Source: Candidatus Nomurabacteria bacterium (GTDB taxonomy: Bacteria; Patescibacteriota; Minisyncoccia; Phycocordibacterales; UBA918). From it: 64,000 bases of DNA. The stretch spans positions 139,388 through 203,387 of the forward strand of contig CP060229.1 in NCBI GenBank assembly GCA_023898585.1. Direction: 5' to 3'. A model generated the notes under the pieces. That model was not told where the DNA came from. It searched no databases and saw only the letters and a list, made by a program, of their open reading frames with translations. Within the stretch, counting starts at the first letter, position 1; each line of letters opens with the position of its first letter. This document shows positions 57,067 through 64,000 of the stretch, piece after piece. The translations under genes were made by a program, and so were the position numbers.

Positions 57067-57672
57067 CTACTCAGCTTCCCCGTCAAGATTCACATCGTAC
57101 ATGATACGCTCTTGGGCGGTTGTATACTGCATAATCTCCTCGTCTTTGAACCAAATCTTTATTTCTCTTTCTGCTTCCACCGGTGATTCCGACTGATGAA
57201 CCAAGTTTCTCACGGCTCGATTCTCGTAAGTGGCATGACCAAATGAATCGACAGTGTAATCTCCACGAATCGTTCCCACATCAGAAGTGGAAGGTTCGGT
57301 TGAGCCGACAATTTTTGTAACAACAGAAGTAGCCTTATTCCCTTCAAGGACCAGTGCTACGATAGGGCTTGCCTGCATGTACTTCACAACCGTGCGGATG
57401 ATGTCCTTGCCGTATTCTATGGCTTCTTTTTCAACCTCCTTTCCTTGTTCTGTTAACTCTTTAACAATCCCCTCGCCTTTTTTTTGATACCAAACATCAT
57501 CTTTGTTGTAGTGTTCGAGTAGCTGAACCTCGGTAGCCTCCACCATCTTCATCGCGCTGATTTTCAAGCCCGTCTGTTCGAAACGCTTAATAAGCTCCCC
57601 AACCAAACTGCGTTGTACAGCGTCTGTCTTAAGGAGTACTAGTGATCTTTCTTGATTAGGTCGTTTTGTCAT
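57067..57672 (-). CDS. ndk: Nucleoside diphosphate kinase with a roughly 45-aa internal insertion
   Basis: ERSLVLLKTDAVQRSLVGELIKRFEQTGLKISAMK ... NLVHQSES (active-site His). Insert NKDDVWYQKKGEGIVKELTEQGKEVEKEAIEYGKD. Confidence 0.65.
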   Translation of the reverse strand: MTKRPNQERSLVLLKTDAVQRSLVGELIKRFEQTGLKISAMKMVEATEVQLLEHYNKDDVWYQKKGEGIVKELTEQGKEVEKEAIEYGKDIIRTVVKYMQASPIVALVLEGNKATSVVTKIVGSTEPSTSDVGTIRGDYTVDSFGHATYENRAVRNLVHQSESPVEAEREIKIWFKDEEIMQYTTAQERIMYDVNLDGEAE

Positions 57673-57770
57673 AAATAATATTTAAATATTGTCGGTAGTA
57701 TAGCAAAAAAGCCGAAAAAAGCACGTTAAATTGGTCTAAGTTCAAGAAATAATTGCAACTTACAATCTAA

Positions 57771-58214
57771 CTAATCGAAGTTGCACTTTGGCTCGGTCAA
57801 CATATTTTCGGTCAGACTGTCTCCCGTATAACCATTCTCCTTGGAATGGGAGTCAACACAGTAATAGTATTTCCGGCTATATTTTATGGACACAGCAAAA
57901 TTATTTTCCTCGGCAAAACAAGTGGCTGTTTCTCCTAAAATATTTTCCGCTTCCCTCACCGCTCCCGCAAAACTGAGGGTATGGGACTTACCGGGAATCA
58001 CATCACTCACAAAAATACTTTTAACAGTATTACAATTGCCACTGGCAAAACCATAGCTTCTGTGTGAAATTAGATACTGTTCCGCGTCTTCATAAACGCC
58101 AAGAGCGCTGATAGCTGTCGCTCGTAAGTGTGAGTTGTACATATAAAACGCCACCACGATAAAAACACAAGTGATCGCCACGATAAACCCCAGGAAATAC
58201 TTCATATGGTTCAT
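57771..58214 (-). CDS. Hypothetical N-terminally anchored protein (147 aa)
   Basis: TM helix FLGFIVAITCVFIVVAFYMY, 4 Cys. Confidence 0.4.
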   Translation of the reverse strand: MNHMKYFLGFIVAITCVFIVVAFYMYNSHLRATAISALGVYEDAEQYLISHRSYGFASGNCNTVKSIFVSDVIPGKSHTLSFAGAVREAENILGETATCFAEENNFAVSIKYSRKYYYCVDSHSKENGYTGDSLTENMLTEPKCNFD

Positions 58215-58981
58215 TTAGTCAAAATCAAAGGACCTTTTTCGGTGATAGCTACAGTATGTTCGAAATGAGCGCTTAAGGAACCGTCTTGAGTATAAACACT
58301 GTAACCGTCTCCGGCATCATCAAAGTATACATCCTCACTACCGATATTCACAATCGGCTCTATGGCATAGACATGACCAACCTCAATAGTCGGGCCGGTA
58401 CCGGCTCGCCCAAAATTTGGGATGGTTGGATCCTCATGAACTGCATAACCAACACCATGACCACAAAGCACCTTCACTACGGAAAAACCCCGAGACTCAA
58501 CGAACTTCTGAATCGCTTCACTGACGTCGCCAATCTTCCCTCCCGGCTTGGCCACTTTGATTCCAACAGCTAGAGCTTCCTCCGTACAGGCTAAAAGTTT
58601 TCTGGCTTCAGCACCAATCTGACCAACTCCTAGCGTGAATCCGGCGTCGACTATCATTCCTTTGTAACCAATCGACATATCAAGATCAACAACATCACCT
58701 TCTCTAAGAACAACGTCTTCCGATGGAATTCCGTGTTGGACACAATCATTAACTGAAATACACATCGAGGCCGGATAAGGACGGTCGGCAAAGCCCGGGT
58801 GATACCCGAGCAAGACTGGCTCCACTTTCAAGTCTTCAACCAGCTCCATAGCCCTATCATCAAGAGACAGAGTGGTAACGCCCGGCACTACCTCCTTAGC
58901 TACATCCTTTAATATCTTGGCGAGAATAGCCCCTGCCTCTTTTAGCACTGTGATTTCCTCAGGGGTTTTCTTTGTTATCAT
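58211..58981 (-). CDS. map: Methionine aminopeptidase type I
   Basis: 256 aa. Metal ligands in ...DVVDLDMS..., GHGVGYAVHE and the MAP-I fold. Confidence 0.9.
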   Translation of the reverse strand: MITKKTPEEITVLKEAGAILAKILKDVAKEVVPGVTTLSLDDRAMELVEDLKVEPVLLGYHPGFADRPYPASMCISVNDCVQHGIPSEDVVLREGDVVDLDMSIGYKGMIVDAGFTLGVGQIGAEARKLLACTEEALAVGIKVAKPGGKIGDVSEAIQKFVESRGFSVVKVLCGHGVGYAVHEDPTIPNFGRAGTGPTIEVGHVYAIEPIVNIGSEDVYFDDAGDGYSVYTQDGSLSAHFEHTVAITEKGPLILTK

Positions 58982-59583
58982 AATTGACGATTAATACCCA
59001 ACGCCCGCAAAATCTGTTGGTGCACTCCCTCTATTGTGTCTGTGCCGACAAGATCATGGACCTTCGTGTCAGGTCGGACTCGATAATAATCTAAAACAGG
59101 TAAAGTATCATTGCTGTACCAACTCAATCGAGCCTCAATTGATTCTTCCGTGTCATCCTTACGGGCTCTTCCCTGCATTCTTTTCCTCACAACTTCTTCC
59201 GGGGTGTCTAGGTTGACAACATGTAGTCTTTCGCGCTCAAAAAATTGAAAAGCGTCTTCCAGAACCAAAGCTTGGGTAACAGTTCGTGGGAAGCCGTCGA
59301 TCAACAAATGGCTCTTAGGGTCAAGCTGATCAAGCATGGCTTGGCCCCACAATATATGAGTCAGAAAATCAGGTTGTAGAACACCGGTGTTCAAAGTCTG
59401 TTCGATCTTTCTTTCGGCGAAGGTCTCGTGCTTGGCTGCAAGCGCGCGGAAGCGTCGACCGGTCTGAATGTCAACAATTCGTCTGGTCGGGTCTTTTTCA
59501 GCTATCACTTTGTATAGGCGATCAATTTGAGTTCCTTTTCCACTCCCTTGCGGGCCAATGAAGATCACTGTTATCGGTTCCAT
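58978..59583 (-). CDS. adk: Adenylate kinase
   Basis: VIFIGPQGSGKGTQ... and the short LID type. Confidence 0.8.
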   Translation of the reverse strand: MEPITVIFIGPQGSGKGTQIDRLYKVIAEKDPTRRIVDIQTGRRFRALAAKHETFAERKIEQTLNTGVLQPDFLTHILWGQAMLDQLDPKSHLLIDGFPRTVTQALVLEDAFQFFERERLHVVNLDTPEEVVRKRMQGRARKDDTEESIEARLSWYSNDTLPVLDYYRVRPDTKVHDLVGTDTIEGVHQQILRALGINRQL

Positions 59584-59584
59584 G

Positions 59585-60199
59585 TTATGAATTTAAATAC
59601 GTAAAAATCTGTTCTCTAACCTCTTCTGGTGTTTTTGTGCCGTCTATGTCGATCAACGTGCCTCGCTCGCGAAAGAATTCTATCGATTTTGCGGTGTAGG
59701 TATGATATTCGTCCAGTCTTTTTTCAACCACCTTACCTGAATCGACTACGTCTCGCGCTCTTCCCGAACTACGCTCCCTTACTATATCGTCGGAAATTTC
59801 CAGATTGAACACAACATATGGTCGATCCACCCACTCATGTATTTCGTGAAAAAGTTCCGCCTCGTTTGGTTTTTTCGCCACTCCTTCAAACACCACACGC
59901 TCATCTTCGTGTTGCGAAACAAGAGCGTGAGTCATCCAATATGAAGCGACCCATTCCGGCATAAGATAACCGCCCTCGTACATATTCTTCATTCGCAAGC
60001 CAAAAGGAGTTGGTAATTTGGCTGTCTCTCGTACTTTGTCTCCGTTTGAATACAACACCCCTCCGTAGTGTTCGAGTATTAAACGCGCTTGGGTTCCTTT
60101 ACCTGAAGCTATCTTTCCCATCAATACAATACTCTTGTATTTTGTCGAATCTTGCATAAGCCTATGGAGAGTAGCAACTTTTTCATCTATATGCAACAT
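59585..60199 (-). CDS. Second adenylate-kinase-family NMP kinase (divergent paralog)
   Basis: IVLMGKIASGKGTQARLI P-loop. A 204-aa ORF immediately upstream of adk. Confidence 0.55.
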   Translation of the reverse strand: MLHIDEKVATLHRLMQDSTKYKSIVLMGKIASGKGTQARLILEHYGGVLYSNGDKVRETAKLPTPFGLRMKNMYEGGYLMPEWVASYWMTHALVSQHEDERVVFEGVAKKPNEAELFHEIHEWVDRPYVVFNLEISDDIVRERSSGRARDVVDSGKVVEKRLDEYHTYTAKSIEFFRERGTLIDIDGTKTPEEVREQIFTYLNS

Positions 60200-60219
60200 T
60201 GTGTTATGCTTATTTCCGC

Positions 60220-60852
60220 ATGGAAAAGAAACATATAATCACCCTTTCAGGTAAACCGGGCAGTGGCAAATCATCGACCGCCGACAAAGTAGCTGAGCTT
60301 CTGAATTACACCAGACACTCTTCGGGTGACATGGTACGTCGCATATTGAAGAAAAACCACATGACTCTCGAAGAATACAACGCTAGAGCCGAGACCGATC
60401 ACAGCCTCGACGCTGAAGTTGACGAACAGTTAAGATCCCTTCGCGATCAAGAAGACATAGTGGTGGACTCAAGACTCGGTTTTTATTGGATTCCCGAGTC
60501 GTTCAAGGTTTATCTTGATCTTGACCTGGACCTGGCCACTGCTCGAATTTTTAAAGACACTGTCAGCAACGACCTTAGGCGAGCATCTGAAGCTAACTCA
60601 ACCTCATTAAACGAAGTCTCAAAGCAAGTGAGGGAGAGAATGTTAAACGAACAATCTAGGTTCAAACAAATGTACGGGGTGGATCCTTATAACAAAAATT
60701 ATTTTGATTTCATTATTGATACGTCCCGCCAAAATCCTCAATCAGTAGCCATTGCTGTTTTTGACGCCTATAAGGAGTGGTTGGATTCGGAAGTGTGGGA
60801 GCAACAATACCACACGGTTCCGCTCGGATATTCATTAAAGAACAAGTATTGA
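60220..60852 (+). CDS. cmk: Cytidylate-kinase-like NMP kinase
   Basis: IITLSGKPGSGKSSTADKVAELL... and IVVDSRLG. Divergently transcribed from the adk paralog. Confidence 0.55.
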   Translation: MEKKHIITLSGKPGSGKSSTADKVAELLNYTRHSSGDMVRRILKKNHMTLEEYNARAETDHSLDAEVDEQLRSLRDQEDIVVDSRLGFYWIPESFKVYLDLDLDLATARIFKDTVSNDLRRASEANSTSLNEVSKQVRERMLNEQSRFKQMYGVDPYNKNYFDFIIDTSRQNPQSVAIAVFDAYKEWLDSEVWEQQYHTVPLGYSLKNKY

Positions 60853-61011
60853 TGACTTGATTAGGGAAGAGAAAATGGGTGTGCCCTTCGGGCACACCCA
60901 TTTTCTCTTGTCTAAGTCAAATCAATTAAAATTCTTAAAATTGCTTTAGACGCTAGGCGTAAGCGGAAAATTTTCAGCGAAACAACGATGCAGATGAAGT
61001 AATTTACAAGT

Positions 61012-62286
61012 TTAGTACTCTCTCATTGAGACCTGTGCGTCTAGCCGACGAATAAGGTCAAGCACCACCGACACCACAATCAATACTGCAGTACCGCCGA
61101 TAGCGAGAGCCGTGACTCCGGTTGCGATCTGCATACCAACCGGTAGCACAGCCACAAAACCAAGGAAAGTAGCACCCACCAAAGTCAGTCTGGTTACCAA
61201 GCCACCTAAGTACTCCGAAGTATGAGCGCCCGGTCGAATACCGGGAATAAAACCGCCACTTCGTTGCAGATTTTTTGAAACGGCATCAGGGTCAAAGGTG
61301 ACAGCAGTGTAGAAGAAGGTGAATAGGAAGACCAGAACAAAGTAAATACCTCCGTACGCCCATTGGTTGTTTAAGAAGTTGGTTATTATTTCGTTGGCTT
61401 GATTCACCCATGGTTTTTCAACCACAGCCGAAAGAATATTCAACACCATCTGCGGGAACAACAAGATCGATAGTGCGAAAATGATAGGAATCACACCGGC
61501 TTGATTAAGACGCATTGGCAAGTATGAAGAACTTGAACCATAGGTTGAGCCACCTCGACTTTGTTTAGCGTAAGTAACCGGCACCGGTCGTTCGGCTTCA
61601 GTCATCACCACAACAGCGTAAATAATACCTATAGCAACCATAGTGAATCCGACATACATAGGTAACTGAGAACCGTCGTAAGAGAAGAATAACTGACTGG
61701 CAGTCGCTGGAAGAGACGCTACAATACCGGCAAAGATGATGATGGAGACTCCATTACCAACTCCGTACTCGGTCACCATTTCACCAATCCACATCAAGAG
61801 CATGGAGCCAGCCACGATCAAGATTACATTGACGACGAATTCGAATGAAGACAATCCGGAAAGAACTCCCTGGCTCTTTAACAGAGTAAGGAATCCGAAA
61901 CCTTGCAAAATAGCAAGCGGTAGAGTCAACATTCGGCTGTATTGGGTAAACTTCGCACGTCCGGCTTCCCCTTCTTCCGTGTAAAGACTTTTCAGCTTTG
62001 ATGACATCACCGTCAGCAGTTGCATTATGATGGAAGCGGTAATGAAAGGCCCCACCCCTAGCATCACGATCGACAAGTTTGCCAACCCTCCTCCGGAAAA
62101 GATATTGAGCAAACCGAGAAACTGATTATTTGAGAAGAATTGTTCCAATACTGCCACATCAATTCCAGGAATTGGAATAGCGGCCAACATTCGGAAAATG
62201 ACCAACGCACCGAGCACGAAAAGTACTCGATTGCGAATAGCCGGTTCGGTGAAGATGATTTTTAGTTTGTGAAGGAATTTTTGCAT
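61012..62286 (-). CDS. secY: Preprotein translocase subunit SecY
   Basis: 424 aa, 10 TM. Conserved ...GGLANLSIVMLGVGPFITASIIMQLL... plug/TM2 region. Confidence 0.9.
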   Translation of the reverse strand: MQKFLHKLKIIFTEPAIRNRVLFVLGALVIFRMLAAIPIPGIDVAVLEQFFSNNQFLGLLNIFSGGGLANLSIVMLGVGPFITASIIMQLLTVMSSKLKSLYTEEGEAGRAKFTQYSRMLTLPLAILQGFGFLTLLKSQGVLSGLSSFEFVVNVILIVAGSMLLMWIGEMVTEYGVGNGVSIIIFAGIVASLPATASQLFFSYDGSQLPMYVGFTMVAIGIIYAVVVMTEAERPVPVTYAKQSRGGSTYGSSSSYLPMRLNQAGVIPIIFALSILLFPQMVLNILSAVVEKPWVNQANEIITNFLNNQWAYGGIYFVLVFLFTFFYTAVTFDPDAVSKNLQRSGGFIPGIRPGAHTSEYLGGLVTRLTLVGATFLGFVAVLPVGMQIATGVTALAIGGTAVLIVVSVVLDLIRRLDAQVSMREY

Positions 62287-62302
62287 AAACCTATGGTATC
62301 GC

Positions 62303-62749
62303 TTATTTCACGCTTCCGCCAGCCTGCTCGATCTTTTCTTTAGCTGACCCTGAAACCTGACAATCCTCGACCGATAGTTTTTTGGTTAAATTTCCATTAC
62401 CAAGAATTTTTACCGCCGGGACACGACCCTTGGCGGAAGACAGGACTCCCTTTGTAACGAGGGTTTTAGGAGAGACAGTAGCCCCCGATTCAAACACCTC
62501 AAGAGCGGAAACATTAACCACCAATGGTCGTACTTTACCTGAATTAACTGTTTTCCCTCGGTTTTTTCCGTGCCCTCTAAGCTTAGGAAGTTTCTTTATT
62601 ATCTCGCGCATTTCCGGACGAGTACTGTTTCCGGATCGTGCCGCTTGTCCTTTATGACCCTTTCCGGATGTCTTACCTCTTTTTCCTCCGCGCCCAATGC
62701 GTTTGCTGGTTTTTCGGGGAGACGAAGGTTTTAGTTCATGAAGTTGCAT
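62303..62749 (-). CDS. rplO: 50S ribosomal protein L15
   Basis: MQLHELKPSSPRKTSKRIGRGGKRGKTSGKGHKGQ... Confidence 0.9.
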   Translation of the reverse strand: MQLHELKPSSPRKTSKRIGRGGKRGKTSGKGHKGQAARSGNSTRPEMREIIKKLPKLRGHGKNRGKTVNSGKVRPLVVNVSALEVFESGATVSPKTLVTKGVLSSAKGRVPAVKILGNGNLTKKLSVEDCQVSGSAKEKIEQAGGSVK

Positions 62750-62753
62750 AAGA

Positions 62754-63407
62754 CTAATCTTTATTTAACTGCTTAAGCGCTTCGACTGTAGCGCGGGCAT
62801 TGTTAAGTTTGTTCTTGCTACGAGAAAATATCTTCGCTGTAATGTCTTTTACTCCCGCCAATTCCAACACGGTACGTACGGATGAACCGGCCACCAATCC
62901 TCGACCGGAAGCAGGCATCATCATTACCTCACTTGAGGCATACTTTACGTGTACGTCATGAGGAATTCTACCCTCTTTGTCCATCGGTACCACAATCATG
63001 TGTTTCTTAGCATCACGAACCGCTTTTTCGATAGCAAGCTGTGTGTCACCGGCTTTGCCGATTCCCACTCCAACTTTACCCTTTTTATCACCGATAACGA
63101 TAGCCACAGAGAATGAGAAACGACGACCTCCGGCCATAACTCTGGTTACGCGACGAATACTGACAATCTTTTGATCAAATTCTTGTCTCGGTCGTTCTTG
63201 TCTACCACCTCTTCTAGGGCGTCGTCCCCCTGCTCCGCCTCTTTTATCATTATCACCTCTGCGACGACGGCGTGGACCTCGGTCCTCAGATGTCGCAGCC
63301 GGTGCATCGGTTGCTGACTCCATATTTCGAGTCGCATCTGCTCGTGTTTCCACGGCAGTCCTCGGCTTCTTGCCGGTTGTAGCTTCCTGCTGTTTTTCTT
63401 CTGACAT
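62754..63407 (-). CDS. rpsE: 30S ribosomal protein S5 with about 65-aa R/G-rich N-terminal extension
   Basis: Core IVSIRRVTRVMAGGRRFSFSVAIVIGDKKGKVGVGIGKA... Sits 5 nt from rplO with no L30 gene in between. Confidence 0.85.
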   Translation of the reverse strand: MSEEKQQEATTGKKPRTAVETRADATRNMESATDAPAATSEDRGPRRRRRGDNDKRGGAGGRRPRRGGRQERPRQEFDQKIVSIRRVTRVMAGGRRFSFSVAIVIGDKKGKVGVGIGKAGDTQLAIEKAVRDAKKHMIVVPMDKEGRIPHDVHVKYASSEVMMMPASGRGLVAGSSVRTVLELAGVKDITAKIFSRSKNKLNNARATVEALKQLNKD

Positions 63408-63461
63408 TTTATTTATTTTCTGATTTAGTAATTCAATTCTTCCTTGAAGTCTAGACGTGAG

Positions 63462-63812
63462 CTAAAACTTCAAACCTCCTTCTCTCGCTCCATCGGCCAA
63501 CATTGCCACAATTCCTTGATAGCGAAATCCCCCGCGGTCAAAAACCACTGTGTCGATTTTAGCTTTAATGGCTTTTTCGGCAATTTGGAGACCAACTGCT
63601 TTTGCCTTCTCCAAAGGAGTGCCCTTTGCTTCCTTTCTGGAGTCGGTTGCCACTAGAGTCTTACCCGCTTCGTCGTCAATAATCTGTGCGTACACAAATT
63701 TATTACTTTTAAATACCGCCAAGCGAGGTCTCGTAGCTGTGCCTGACACTTGTGAACGCAATCGCTTATGACGATGTGTCCGCATGGTAGTTTTGTATTG
63801 CGATTTTTCCAT
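63462..63812 (-). CDS. rplR: 50S ribosomal protein L18
   Basis: ...RPRLAVFKSNKFVYAQIIDD...FDRGGFRYQGIVAMLADGAREGGLKF. Confidence 0.9.
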   Translation of the reverse strand: MEKSQYKTTMRTHRHKRLRSQVSGTATRPRLAVFKSNKFVYAQIIDDEAGKTLVATDSRKEAKGTPLEKAKAVGLQIAEKAIKAKIDTVVFDRGGFRYQGIVAMLADGAREGGLKF

Positions 63813-63829
63813 ATTGAATTATGACAAGA

Positions 63830-64000
63830 CTAAACAGCCTTCTTACCTTGCTTACGAATAATGTATTCTCCTTGGTATCGAATACCTTTACCTTTGTACG
63901 GCTCAGGTTTCTTAACTTTGCGAACGTTGGCGGCAAACTGTCCCAACGCTTCTTTGTCTGGACCGGTCAAGGTAACGACGTTTTTTACGATTTCCGCGTT
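63830..64000 (-). CDS. rplF: 50S ribosomal protein L6, 3' end (gene continues beyond window)
   Basis: Reverse translation ends ...[24 protein letters not shown]. Confidence 0.7.
   Translation of the reverse strand, partial: NAEIVKNVVTLTGPDKEALGQFAANVRKVKKPEPYKGKGIRYQGEYIIRKQGKKAV

Noticed and set aside
1-64000. CRISPR arrays and rRNA genes
   Set aside because: No regularly spaced direct repeats and no rRNA-like conserved stretches were seen. The only short tandem-like repeats are the tRNA-Ser 5' duplicate and the MITE/IS ends.

Overview
This window is a roughly 42-45% GC bacterial chromosome segment with features typical of a small-genome Candidate Phyla Radiation (Patescibacteria)-like organism. 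The genes are compact. A ribosomal operon tail runs rplF-rplR-rpsE-rplO-secY-adk-map with no L30 gene between S5 and L15. An infC-rpmI-rplT operon, smpB, ftsH, recG, a pilM/N/O-like cluster with comF, and an xfp-ackA phosphoketolase operon are present. The window is also dense in mobile DNA. It holds an intact IS3-family element and a decayed fragment of it. There are two copies of a zinc-ribbon DDE IS (IS1595/IS1-like) plus a solo terminal remnant, and one IS481-like element. A roughly 196-bp MITE with 20-bp terminal inverted repeats occurs in three copies. Coordinates 16.6-24.4 kb are a mosaic island next to tRNA-Ser(GCT). It contains nested IS elements, roughly 220-360-bp GC-rich inverted repeats, an unknown 282-aa protein, a high-GC flotillin/SPFH gene and a large serine recombinase. 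Both the flotillin and recombinase genes carry homopolymer frameshifts. Other notable items are a rubredoxin, two-component system, ApbE flavin transferase, MsrQ-like ferric-reductase membrane subunit and FNR-like reductase cluster, a DUF4105 plus permuted-papain (YiiX-like) membrane enzyme pair, a bacterial SET-domain protein, and a tRNA-Ile with a UAU anticodon. There is also a perfect 46-bp palindrome and a MacAB-like efflux operon. No CRISPR array or rRNA was found. All calls come from reading the translated ORFs and the sequence by eye. No database search was possible, so family names are inferred from motifs.
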